Assembly: GCA_964016885.1 (NCBI GenBank)
Contig: OZ024752.1
Coordinates: 186,001-250,000, forward strand
Source of the DNA: Eledone cirrhosa
Lineage: Eukaryota
DNA length: 64,000 nucleotides
Direction of reading: 5' to 3'
A program made the translations under genes and the position numbers. Below are positions 15,401 through 29,660 of this stretch, one piece after another (position 1 is the stretch's first letter; each line of letters opens with the position of its first letter). The notes beneath the pieces were generated by a model. It saw only the letters and a program-made list of their open reading frames with translations, was not told where the DNA came from and did no database searches.

Positions 15401-16130
15401 CACAGACACAGACTACATACATACACTACAGTCACACACACACAGACACAGCCTACATACATACACTACAGTCACACACACAAAGACAGCCTACATACAT
15501 ACACTACAGTCACACACACAAAGACAGCCTACATACATACACTACAGTCACACACACACAGACACAGCCTACATACACACACTACAGTCACACACACAGA
15601 CACAGCCTACATACATACACTACAGTCACACACACACAGACACAGCCTACATACACACACTACAGTCACACACACAAAGACACAGCCTACATACACACAC
15701 TACAGTCACACACACACAGACACAGCCTACATACATACACTACAGTCACACACACACAGACACAGCCTACATACACACACTACAGTCACACACACAGACA
15801 CAGCCTACATACATACACTACAGTCACACACACAGACACAGCCTACATACACACACTACAGTCACACACACAAAGACACAGCCTACATACACACACTACA
15901 GTCACACACACACAGACACAGCCTACATACACACACACAGACACAGCCTACATACACACACTACAGTCACACACACAAAGACACAGCCTACATACATACA
16001 CTACAGTCACACACACAAAGACACCCTACATACATACACTACAGTCACACACAGACACAGCCTACATACACACACTACAGTCACACACACAGACACAGCC
16101 TACATACACACACTACAGTCACACACAACC
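12470..16130. repeat. ~38-42 bp minisatellite (cagcctacatacatacactacagtcacacacacagaca)n, ~3.6 kb
   Basis: Direct reading; head-to-tail units with variable CA count and no unique spacers. Confidence 0.95.
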
Positions 16131-16339
16131 ACACACACATATACCACAGATACACAATCACGCAGTCACACACACACTCACACATACCACAGAGACACAA
16201 TCACACACAGTCACACACACACTCACACACACATACCACAGAGACACAAACACACACACACTCACACAGACACACAGATTGCACATTTCTTCATTTCAAG
16301 TCACAACAGCACAGCCAAATAGACGTCACAGAGTCACAC

Positions 16340-17940
16340 ATACATACACACAGCACAAACCACACCACACACCACACCACACTACACCACACTACACCAC
16401 ACCACACCACACTACACCACGCCACACCACACTACACCACACCACGCCATACCCCACCCCACCACACACACCACATTACACCACGCTACACGACAGCACA
16501 CTACACCACACCAAACCCCACCCCACCCACCACACTACACCACACCACACAACACTACACCACACCACACTACACCACATCACACTACACCACACTACAC
16601 GACACCCACACCACACTACACCACACCACATCACTACACCACTCATATCACTCCACCACATCATTACACTACACCACATCACTACACCACTACACTACAC
16701 CACATCACTACACCACACCACATCACTACACCACACCACATCACTACACTACACCACACCATATCACCACACCACATCACACCACATCACCACACAACAT
16801 CACCACACCACATCACTACCCCACACCACATCACTACACTACACCACATCACTACACTACACCACATCACTACCCCACACCACACCACACCACATCACTA
16901 CACCATACCACATCACTACCCCAACCACACCACACCACATCACTACACCACACCACATCACTACCCCACACCACACCACACCACATCACTACCCCACACC
17001 ACATCACTACACCACACCACATCACTACACCACACCACATCACTACACCACACCACATCACTACCCCACACCACACCACATCACTACCCCACACCACATC
17101 ACTACCCCACACATCACTACCCCACACCACATCACTACACCACACCACATCACTACACCACACCACATCACTACCCCACACCACATCACTACACCACACC
17201 ACATCACTACACCACACCACATCACTACCCCACACCACACCACATCACTACCCCACACCACATCACTACCCCACACATCACTACCCCACACCACATCACT
17301 ACACCACACCACATCACATCACTACCCCACACCACATCACATCACTACCCCACACCACATCACATCACTACCCCACACCACATCACTACACTACACCACA
17401 TCACTACACCATACCACATCACTACCCCACACCACACCACATCACCACACCACATCACTACCCCACACCACATCACTACCCCACACCACACCACACCACA
17501 TCACCACACCACACCACATCACTACCCCACACCACATCACTACCCCACACCACATCACTACCCCACATCACCACACCACACCACATCACCACACCACACC
17601 ACATCACTACCCCACACCACATCACTACCCCACACCACATCACTACCCCACACCACATCATTACCCCACACCACATCACTACACCACACCACATCACTAC
17701 CCCACACCACACCACACCACATCACCACACCACACCACTACACCACACCACATCACTACCCCACACCCCATCACTACACCACACCACATCACTACCCCAC
17801 ACCCCATCACTACACCACACCACATCACTACACCATACCACATCACTACCCCACACCCCATCACTACATCACTACACCACATCATTACGCCACACCACAC
17901 CACGTCACTACACCACACCGCACAGCTACACCACACCACC
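16340..17940. repeat. (CACCA)-derived satellite (ccacaccacatcacta)n
   Basis: Direct reading. Confidence 0.92.
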
Positions 17941-17982
17941 ACAGATCACATCACAACAGTCTCGTCTTCACAAGTAAGCACT

Positions 17983-18034
<52 letters not shown>

Positions 18035-19003
18035 ACCACAGTGACACAGCACACTACACCACACCACACCTCACCACTTCCTCACACCACCACACCTCAC
18101 CACTTCCCCACACTACCACAGAGAACACACATCACAACAGTCACAGTCTCGTCTTGACATACATACCAGAAAGACACAACCACACACAGTCCACACAGCA
18201 CAGAACAGCACACTACACTACACTACACCTCACCACACGACACCACGACACGACACCACCACAGAGAACAGAACATCACAACTACAGTCTCGTCTTGACA
18301 AGGAGGGAATAAGCACTACACACACATATACCACAGTGACACAATCACAGTCATACACAGTACACCACCACCACCACCACCACCATTACAGCACACTACA
18401 CCATACCACCACACCACCACACCACCACACCAGACCACACGACACCACACCACCACAGAGAATACAACATCACGACAGCCATAGTCTCGTCTTGACAAGG
18501 AGGGAATAAGCACTACACACACATATACCACAGTGACACAATCACAGTCATACACAGTACACCACCACCACCATTACAGCACACTACACCACACCACCAC
18601 ACCACACCACACCACACCACACCACCATCACCACCATTACAGCACACTACACCACACCACCACACCACCACAGAGAACATCACAACAGCCACAGTCTCGT
18701 CTTGACAAGGAGGGAGTAAGCATTGCATTAGGTAAGTAGCTTCAAGCCGTCCACAAAATAATACAAGCAAAATACTAGCAAAAGACGTAACCATAGCTTC
18801 ATAGCTTTACACTCACTCACACACTGTACGGTGCACAATCACTACTATGTGTGTGTGTGAGTGTGTGAGTTTGACTGTGTGTGTGTGAGTGCGTGCGTGC
18901 GTGCGTGTATGTATATATATATATATATCAAGCGTTAAACTAATATATTTCTTCATTGTATACTGTCATTTGCTTTATTTCAGTTTACTTTTTACATACA
19001 TAC

Positions 19004-19082
<79 letters not shown>

Positions 19083-19243
19083 CTGTGTGTGTGCGTGTGT
19101 GTACTATAATTTACTCAGATCGCTATACACACATACACATATTGTTGCATTCTATCATATATATTTTCACACACACATCAATCTACTATGTGTATTCATT
19201 CTAACTCTTTCTCTCAGTTCTCCCTCTCTCTCTTGTTATATAT

Positions 19244-19296
<53 letters not shown>

Positions 19297-20344
19297 ACAC
19301 ACACAAACAGATTGGTTGTTTCTAACACAAACACATTCTCGTACGTACATTATTTGTTTAAACCTTTTTACTTCACTTATTGCCAGTTTTTTCTGTGTAG
19401 ATAATGTCATTATTATATACACAACTGTTCGTAGCTTCTTATACACACATGTTATACACTGTTTTTATATACTCACGGACTGTTGCTTTATATATACATA
19501 TATAAATATATATTTATACACACGCATACTTCTCCATTTTTCCCTCTGTCTATCTGTGTAGTACACCATTCGTAAAATCTTTCTCTTATTAAGGATATCT
19601 CGTACCGTATACGTACCTATGTATGTATGTATGTATGTATGTATGTATGTATGTATGTATGTATGTATGTATGTATGTATGTATGTGTGTATGTGTGTAT
19701 GTGTGTATGTATGTATGTATGTATGTGTGTATGCATGTATAAGCACGTATGTATTTAAATATGTAGGCATGTATGTGCGTACGAAGGTATGTGTGTTTGT
19801 GTGTATATATGCATGTATGTATGTGCATATGTATGTGTATGTATGTATGTATTGCACGTACGAATGTATGTATGCATATATGTATGTAGCACTTACATAG
19901 GTATGTATGTCTCTGTGTGTACATAAGTTTGTATGTATATATGAGTATGTATGTATGTGTATGCGTGTAAGTATTCATATATGTATATAAGTATATTCGT
20001 ACGTAAGTATACATGTATGATTGTATGTGTGTATATGTGCGTATGTATGTATGTAAGTACGTGTGGTGTATAGTCATTAATTATACACCACTATACACAC
20101 ATATGTACACACGCACAAACACGTCCGTACGTTATTAACAAGAACATTTTTCTTTACGATTCCATTTTTATCATGTTTGTTGAAGATGCTTATATATTTA
20201 TATATATATATATATACACATGTACATATGTATATATATATTTAATGGATAAGATGCCCGACGGTCAAGCCTAAACCGCTTCGGTGGCATCCTATCCCAT
20301 ATCTACTCCCTTTAAGTATATAGTATTAAGTTGTCTAATGGTCA

Positions 20345-20439
<95 letters not shown>

Positions 20440-20807
20440 TGTATGTGTGTGTGTGTGTGTGTGTGCATACATGCGTACATATGTATACATAGATGCACAC
20501 ACAGACGAGCGGTTGTTTTCATTCCCTATCTTATAGCAACCATACATAACTTTCCTCGTGTAATTATATGTGTACAAACACACATACACACACATATATA
20601 ATGCACAATAATGCACACACACCCACACATGTAACCACACTCTTTCAAGCAATCACCTTTATACAACAATACATATAAAAGTTATTTTATTCACACACAT
20701 CGTATACATACGTATACTTTAATTCTTATGAAATCTCTTATACAGTCAGGCACACATACAGACACACACCCATATACATACATACACATGCATACATATA
20801 TATACTT

Positions 20808-20847
<40 letters not shown>

Positions 20848-20897
20848 TTCGTCTAGAAAGAGGGAATTGGCAAATCTTAGTTTTGTATACATTTTAT

Positions 20898-20945
20898 CAT
20901 CGTCTGATGACCCTGTGATAAGCAGGCGAAATTCCAGAGCGATAA
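20898..20945 (+). ncRNA. Degenerate hammerhead in a TA-flanked island
   Basis: atcgt-CUGAUGA-c-cctg/tgataag/cagg-c-GAAA-ttccaga-gcgat. The cleavage triplet is damaged; followed by AATAAA and the actctact..gtattgagtac module. Confidence 0.4.
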
Positions 20946-21029
20946 GACTCACCATTTAGTCTTAATAAAATGAATATTAAAACTCTACTTCAGTATTGAG
21001 TACCCCCTTCTCCCAGTCGTCAACCACAT

Positions 21030-21072
<43 letters not shown>

Positions 21073-21149
21073 AAAGGTAAACAGAAATAACAACATAATC
21101 GGTACAGTATATGGAAAGTATATATTAGGTTAGCGCTTGATATAGCAGG

Positions 21150-21209
<60 letters not shown>

Positions 21210-21250
21210 CGAAACATAAGTCAATTGCATGAACTCATAATCCTTTATTT

Positions 21251-21306
21251 ACTGCTATATATATTTCGATGATAGCCATTGAATGGCTATGACCTCATCA
21301 GGCAGT
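21251..21306 (-). ncRNA. Type I hammerhead ribozyme (canonical core, palindromic mini stem III)
   Basis: actgc-CUGAUGA-ggtc atagccat/tca/atggctat catc-GAAA-tatata-UA-gcagt, then AATAAA. Stem I actgc/gcagt is perfect. Confidence 0.8.
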
Positions 21307-21503
21307 TAGTCAGTTCTTAGATATGCCAGCTCTGTGTTTATAGTGTTGATGGAATCAGAGCCTTGGGACTATATATATATATATATAAATAGGAAAAAGT
21401 ATGACCCCGACGGTAGAGCTCAAGCCGTTTCGACGGCTATTTCTGGACTATTGAGTACTCTGGTGCGTTATGGTCCATTTGGTTCCTTACCACAACTCCT
21501 TCG

Positions 21504-21555
<52 letters not shown>

Positions 21556-21565
21556 GTGCGCGCGC

Positions 21566-21734
<169 letters not shown>

Positions 21735-21826
21735 CGTGCGTGCGTGTGCGTGTGCGTGTGTGTGCTAACCTAATATATTCCTACCAAATACTGTACCGAT
21801 TGTGTTGTTATTTCTGTTTACCTTTT

Positions 21827-21859
<33 letters not shown>

Positions 21860-22196
21860 AAAGGACCACCACATTTTATAATTATTATATATATATATTA
21901 TATATATATATATATCAGGATGGATTCAGTTTGAATCTGGTTAGATCATTTCTCACCAGAGTACTCGAGACTTTGGGATAGTAGAGTATGATTATATTAT
22001 AAGGAGTCTGGACTAGCTGTTGAAACAGCAAGAGCTCAGCCGTCGGGGTCCTGACTCTTTATGATATATATATATATATATAAAGATGTAAAAATATATA
22101 CACGCTTCAACAGCATTCTAATAAATATATATTGCATGTATATATTGCATGTATAGGTAATCAAAGTGTGAATACATTTTTGGGGACACACACCCG

Positions 22197-22238
<42 letters not shown>

Positions 22239-22826
22239 ACGAGTTTATGGGAAATATTTGCCATAATCCTGATTGCTCACAATTGCCCAATGAGATGTTG
22301 TTTGAACGTGTATCAAGCAACAGTTGTCTCAGAATACTAACAAAGTTTATATTCGTAACGTGGCATTTATGGCCCTTATGTCTGGACCCAGCGTTTTAAA
22401 AAATTTCTTCGGATTCCTACATTGAATCATAGTAAAAATGACGATGTTTCAAACGTGCTTTTCTTTGATTTTCTTTTTCGAAATTCCAACATTAAGATAA
22501 CAGTAACGCTCACCTAACCCTAACGGTAAACCCAATCCTTATCACTAACTCTAAACCAAAACCCAAATTTAACCCTGACCTTAAACATAACTCGAACCAA
22601 GAAAACGATATCTCTATTGGTCTTTCTATGGTTGATAATATTTGCCGGCCAAGCAGCAATGTGAAATAAAGTATTCTACACAAAGTATTCTGCATAGCCC
22701 TGTGCAGGAGTGGACCCAGTATATTATGACCGTGTGTCCAACACCCTAAACATTAGACCACGTGCCTTCACAACAACGTAACTCTAACCTTAGCAGAAAG
22801 CCTAACTGAAATATTGAATAACTGTC

Positions 22827-23357
<531 letters not shown>

Positions 23358-23583
23358 GACGACTAAAAAGCACATTGGCTGTAAAGTTTATTGGCTGATT
23401 AGTTCATAGGCTGACCAAGATACTCTCATGGAATGACCAAATGAGGTTTACTTTTCAACGTAGTCCCTAGAAAGAAACAATGCAGTTATTGATAAGAAGA
23501 GTTACAATTAATGCATGCAAGATTTCACAGTTCTAGCATCACTCCTTCATTGGCTATAGCTTATGAACTTTTCTGCCGATCCT

Positions 23584-23793
<210 letters not shown>

Positions 23794-24449
23794 TGTGTGT
23801 GTGTGTGTTTACATGTACCACATATATATATATTTCGGGGAAATTCTTCACTAGAGATCAAGAAATAATATAAACATCGTCTGGTTCTCGGGAATTTATT
23901 GTGTAGAAAGAAGACACGTATGGCTTAGGGTGGGGTGTCTCTCGTCGGCTCATGTCTATGTGTCTGCCTGTGTGTCTGTGTCTGTGAGTGTATATCTGTG
24001 TCTATGTGTGGGTATCTGTGTCCCTGTGTGTGTATGTGTATCTATGTCTCTAAGTATCTGGGTCTGTGCGTGTGTGTGGTGTACGTACCTGTGTGTAAAT
24101 CTATGTGTGAATCTGTGTGTGTGTATCTGTATGTGTGAATGTGTGTGTGTGTATCTGTATGTCCGAATGTGTGTGTGTATCTGTATGTGTGAATGTGTGT
24201 ATGTGTGAATGTGTGTGTGAATGTGTGTGTGTCTATCTGTATGTGTGAATCTGTGTGTGTGTATCTGTATGTGTGAATGTGTGTGTGTGTATCTGTATGT
24301 CCGAATGTGTGTGTGTATCTGTATGTGTGAATGTGTGTATGTGTGAATGTGTGTGTGAATGTGTGTGTGTCTATCTGTATGTGTGAATCTGTGTGTGTGT
24401 ATCTGTATGTGTGAATGTGTGTGTGCCTGTATTTTTGTGCCCTCTGTGA

Positions 24450-24710
24450 AAGCGAGTTAATGATGCTCGGCTCAAGATCGTAAGGCGACGAGTCCTTGAG
24501 CAAGACAGTCTTTGTCATGTTGCTTCAGTCGACTCGACTGGCAAAACTAGTTGTCATACTGAATAAGTCACAGGTAATCTTCCTGGGAACTATGTTAAAG
24601 GATCACGTGCCCGTGGAATGCTCAGTCACTTGTACGTTGATTTCACGAGCAGGCTGGTCCCTTGGTCAAACATCTGTAACACTGATCGGCGATATCGACA
24701 GAGGTTTCTC
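24450..24710 (+). mobile_element. Diverged CORE-like SINE
   Basis: gtccttgagcaagacag plus tail gaactatgttaaag...ggaatgctcagtcactt. Confidence 0.6.
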
Positions 24711-25609
24711 TTACTGTGTGTGTAGGTATGTATACATATGTGTGTGTGAGTGAGTGAGTGAGTGAGTGAGTGAGTGAGTGAGTGAGTGAGTGAGTGAGTG
24801 AGTGAGTGAGTGAGTGAGTGAGTGAGTGAGTGAGTGAGTGAGTGGGTGAGTGAGTGAGTGTGTGAGTGTGTGAGTGAGTGTATGTGTGTATGTGTATCTG
24901 GGTCTGTGTGTATATCTGTATGTGTGAACGTGTGTGTGTGAGTGTGTGAATGTGTCCGCACACCCGTGCGAATTTCTGTGCGTGTGTTCACATGGCCTTC
25001 TCGCTTCGCCGAATATAAGTATTGTATTTAAGTATATAAGAAAATCAAATATATCATTCCAGCTTCTTATTGTTCTCTCGCTACCAAAGAAATTTTGTCT
25101 GAATACTTCTACAGTAGAGTTTCTGAGATTCGATAAAGAAAGGGGAAAAAAAATTGTTTTAATCGAAAATCAGTACAGGTTTGAATCTAATCGAAGGTGA
25201 TAGGCTTGGCAGTTTCAATCATAGCTCTCCTTATCATTGGCTCATATCTCATCTTTACTTGATTAAATTTGTGGTCATCATTTTTGTAGATAATAAATGT
25301 CGCCATTGTTAAACAATCTTCTAGAACCGTTGAGCAATAGGAACGTTTCAAAGGTACAAGCAACAACGTTGTTTGACTATGAAAAATAGTCTAAGTTGAG
25401 TACAGAAACCCTAGTGACGGAAAATATTTGTACAATGCCCACATTTTTTCCGTCACCAGGATTTTAATGCCCATCTTAGACTATTTTTCAAACTATTTTT
25501 CAGAGTCCTTGTGATATGATGTTCGCGAACAATTTGTGTAATTAATTTTTTGAAATAGTTGTCATACAGTAGTTAGTCTGCAGACAAATAGAATCTATAT
25601 TCTATGAAT

Positions 25610-25830
25610 AATTGTTTCTACTTTAGACACAAGACCAGCAATTTGAAGAGTAGGGGGAAAGTCGATTAAATCGACCCCAGTGCATTACGGGTGCTTTATT
25701 TATCGATGCTGTAAGGATGAAAGGCTAAGCTAACCTCGGCAGGATTTGAATACAGAACGTAAAGGGCCAAACTGTAACCTGCAAAGTATGGTGTCCGACG
25801 GTCTACCGATACTGCCAATCCACCACCCCT
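25610..25830 (-). mobile_element. tRNA-derived SINE family A (long form)
   Basis: Minus strand ggtggattggcagtatcggtag (A-box), gtattcaaatcc (B-box-like), gcctttcatcc..gataaa central domain, and tail ending gtagaaacaatt. Confidence 0.75.
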
Positions 25831-26194
25831 CCTATATTCTATAAATAATATATCATGTTATCGAGTGAGTTTAATTAATGTCTGGGATTTTCTTCAACAG
25901 TTATGTATGGATCTACACAAGAAGAGCCTTTGGTTAAGGTGTAGAACTCACGCCTGCTATCTCACTGTTGTCACTTCAGTCATACAACATTGATGCTTCT
26001 AACTTTCAAATCCAAAACGTCGTCATATTAAATGTAATAAACAGCAAAACAAAAAAAGAAAGTCGGCGCAAGTTCTCAACATTTGCATGTCAAAAACATA
26101 GTTTCTGCTTTTCATACATTTGTATAGAATGATAGATGTATTACGAAACATGTGCACTTATGTATGCTTACATTAGCGGAAAACCGCTGCTGTT

Positions 26195-26277
<83 letters not shown>

Positions 26278-26439
26278 GTGTGTGTGTGTGTGCGCGCGTA
26301 CGTGTGTAACGGGAGTGTGATCAAGAAAAAAAAATCGCTCTCTGATTTACAGTTCCGGTGAAGCAGAAAACTGTAGATGTGTGGAGAAAAGGAAGACAGT
26401 TTGTGACATAACAATAGCCAGTACACACTGCCGGCTCAG

Positions 26440-27030
26440 AAAGAATACAAAGCGACGCCATGATAATATAGTAAAATTCATTCATTGGCAGTTATGTGGA
26501 AAATACGGTTTCGTAAGAGCAAGTTAGTGGTAAGAACGCCAACCAGAAGGTGTTATAGAAAATGACCTCGTCATGAATCTATGAGACTTTATGGTCCAAT
26601 GTGACTATGAAAGTGAATATCACAAATCTGATATTGTGGGATCAACAAATTTAACCAACAATGTTTGATTCTGGATGCAGTTTGTCCCACAGAAATAAGC
26701 TTTGTGACAAAGAATTGAAGATTGAGATATATGAACCACTAGCATGGGAGATAAAACATTTGTGGGCAATGAAAATCTTTGAGGTGGTCCCAGTTGTAGT
26801 CGGGGAGCTTGGTACTGTGAACACCAGAATTGAAAACTATTTATAAACAAATTGGGCCCAACATTAGAGTGGGGCTCTCGCAGAAAACAACACTCCTTGG
26901 AACTGCTTAGAGTACTTAGAAAAGTGTTTGACAATTAAAGGTGCCACCTCAGTCCACTGGTTGTGGACAGCTGGCACCCGTATGACATTACCAGCAATAG
27001 ATACTGAGCTACAAGCAGAAGATAATATTA
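26440..27030 (+). pseudogene. Decayed restriction-like endonuclease C-terminus of an R4/Dong-type non-LTR element
   Basis: L*DFMVQCD..EYHKSDIV...KIEIYEPLAWEIKHLWAMKIFEVVPVVVGELG matches the PD-(D/E)xK REL region of R4/Dong. Confidence 0.7.
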
Positions 27031-27241
27031 ATGGTTTCTTATATAGGCACAAGGCCAGCCATTTTGGGGGAGGGGAAAGTCGATTAAATCGACCCCAGTG
27101 CGTGACCAGTACTTTATTTTATCGACCTCGTGAGGATGAAAGGCAAAGTTAACCTTGGCGGGATTTGAACTCAGATCATAAATTTTATGCTGCAAAGCAT
27201 GGCGTCTATGCCCTCTACCGATACTACCAATACACCGTCCC
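27030..27241 (-). mobile_element. SINE family A (long form)
   Basis: Same consensus, including the internal gtcgattaaatcgac hairpin. Confidence 0.8.
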
Positions 27242-27584
27242 ATTTTCTAAGAGCTGGCAGTAAATTAGAATGATTGGGGGCATTCCGTTAAGAAACGATA
27301 CAAGAACTGTGAGAAAGGGCTGATGAAAGAGAGCATGTTGAGACGTGTCTTACGTAAAGACATTATTTTGGGCGGTGAATTAGCAGTATCGGTAAAGGGT
27401 TGGACGCCATGCTTTCTAGCATAGTTACGTCCCATTACGGTCTGAGTTCAAATCCCGTCGAGGTTAACTTTGCCTTTCATCCTTACGGGGTCGATAAAAT
27501 AATATGAAGAGCTAGAGGTGTGAAGTGATACATGTGGGTATGTATGTTCTTTGTAGAATCAATCTACAAACAGATGGTATGGTA

Positions 27585-27883
27585 TGGCATGGTCCCGTAA
27601 CTCCTGGTGGAGACGTAGGGGCACCGTAGTGACATACGGCGTTTCTAGTGCATTTGTAAACCTGGTGGAGCCCACCCCCTCTCCAGGTGTGAGTACAACA
27701 GATTTCTTCGATGATATAGAGAAAGAATCGACCCCAGTACTAGGCTGCTATTTTTTATGGACCTCGAAAAGATGAAAGGCAAAGTTGACCCCGGCAGGAT
27801 TTAAATCCTGAGAGCAGAGAGCCGGACCAAATAACACAAACCATTCTATCCGACGTTCTAACGACTCTGCCAATTCTCCACCT
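27585..27883 (-). mobile_element. SINE long-tail variant
   Basis: Homologous to 7360-7682. Confidence 0.7.
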
Positions 27884-28361
27884 TCTACAGATATCAATCT
27901 CTTTATTTCTAATGTAGACTGTAAAGAGAGACATTTGTCAATGAACAAGAATGTAATTTCCACAGATAGACGCAACACAATCAATCATGTAGAGATGCCG
28001 ACTTTTATATGTCTTACATTTGCTTTAAACTTTGTAAACACTCTAGTGGTCGTAAGAATGATCTTAGAGCACTGAGGTATTTGGAAATTACCAATTAATA
28101 ATGGTTTCTAATTTAGGCACAAGCCTATCAATTTCAGTGGAAGGGCAAGTTGACCCAACTATTTAACTGGTACCTTATTCTACCCCTACTTTTTATGTAT
28201 TTTTTTTTCTTCGTAATGTCTCTTCATTCAGCGTCCTTATTGCAAATAAACGGAATCATTATTATTAATATCTGTTTGTAGATTGATTCTACAAAGAACA
28301 TACATACCCACGTGTATCACACCACACCTCTAGCTCTTCATATTAACAAACAAGTTCAAAA

Positions 28362-28553
28362 TAATTGTTTCTACTTTTGGCACAAGGCGGGTAATTACCC
28401 AGTACATTACTGGTACTTTATTTTATCGACCCCGTAAGGATGAAAGGCAAAGTTAACCTTGGCGGGATTTGAACTCAGATCATAAAGGCGCGTAACTCTG
28501 TGCTGCAAAGCATAGCGTCCGACCCTCTACTGATACTGCCATATCCAACTGCC
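28362..28553 (-). mobile_element. SINE family A (short form) with 11-bp TSD ttcaaaataat
   Basis: Consensus match; TSD at 28355-28365 and 28554-28564. Confidence 0.85.
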
Positions 28554-29059
28554 TTCAAAATAATGTCTTTACATAAGACACGTCTCAACATGCTCTCTTT
28601 AATCTGCCCTTTCTCACAGTCCTTGTATAATTTCTTAACGGAATGCCTCCAATCATTCTAATTTACTGCCAGCTCTTACCAATCGCTAACATTTCATTTG
28701 CTTGTTTATTTGTTGATTTTCTTTTTTATTAGTATTTTATATTTAGTGGTTAGGTTATTCAGATCAAGATGGTAAGACCATGTGTTCGATTCCCGGTGGT
28801 GGCTCGTTGTTTACTTCAGGTAAACACTTTATTTCTTGTTGCTCCACTCCACTTAGCTAACAAAAAATTAGTTGTGCCTGTGATTCAAAGAGGCAGCCTT
28901 GTGACACAGGGTGTCACGTTGTGTCACGTGTTGTGTTACACTAAATCTTCCTGAGAACTACGTTTAGGGGGCACGTAGGACTAGAGGAACATTAAAATTT
29001 TCGATTTGGAGCTATTACTACCATGGATACCACCACAAAAACACACACACACACACACA

Positions 29060-29107
<48 letters not shown>

Positions 29108-29212
29108 TATATATTCACCAAGCGTGAACCTAATATAACTGTACAATTGCCTCCTGTGTTTTGTTCGTTTATTTCAACTATATATATATATATATATATA
29201 GGAACCGGTAAG

Positions 29213-29306
29213 ACCCCGACGGCTGAGCTCAAGCCGTTTCGACGGCTAATTCAGGACTAAATGAAAATTTATCCTGGTATTTAAATAGCCGATCTTCTCA
29301 AGGGGT
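29213..29306 (-). ncRNA. Large type I hammerhead ribozyme, U3-A8 core variant
   Basis: acccc-UUGAGAA-[ga/tc, cggcta/tagccg, cagga/tcctg, taaat/attta]-GAAA-cggct/tgagctc/agccg-UC-ggggt. All three stems pair. Confidence 0.75.
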
Positions 29307-29660
29307 AATTCCATATATGGTCAAAGTGATTGTCAAAAGTCAGTAGTAATTCTGTGATTGCAAATTAGTAGGGGAGATGGTGGCTAAACCTGCCAGTGGG
29401 AGAAAAAGGGGAGGGGTGGAGTAGACCCAATCATGCGTATCTTCTTTGACCTCATGCCCAGCTGTAGATGGCACTACCAACGCATGATTGGGTCTACTCC
29501 ACCCCCTCCCCTTTTTCTCCCACTGGCAGGTTTAGCCACCATCTCCCCTACTAATTTGCAATCACAGAATTACTACTGACTTTTGACAATCACTTTGACC
29601 ATATATGGAATTACCCCTTGAGAAGATCGGCTATTTAAATACCAGGATAAATTTTCATTT

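Larger units (their letters stand above)
27248..28678. repeat. Inverted duplication (27248-27575 vs 28270-28678) with SINE A at the same position in both arms
   Basis: taagagctggcagtaaattagaatgattgg...tctacaaacagat is the reverse complement of atctgtttgtaga...ccaatcattctaatttactgccagctctta. Confidence 0.85.

Noticed and set aside
12470-16130. Possible CRISPR-like array
   Set aside because: No unique spacers and no cas genes; eukaryotic minisatellite.
16279-18312. 677-aa His/Thr/Pro-rich ORF
   Set aside because: Translation of a CAC satellite with few possible stops; no ATG start and frame-independent composition.
22010-22030. Apparent covariation agctgt/acagc in the hammerhead-family hairpin
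   Set aside because: All changes are CpG to TpG/CpA, explained by deamination.
22510-22600. Telomere-like cctaaccctaac repeats
   Set aside because: Short, degenerate and internal; more likely part of a dispersed repeat.
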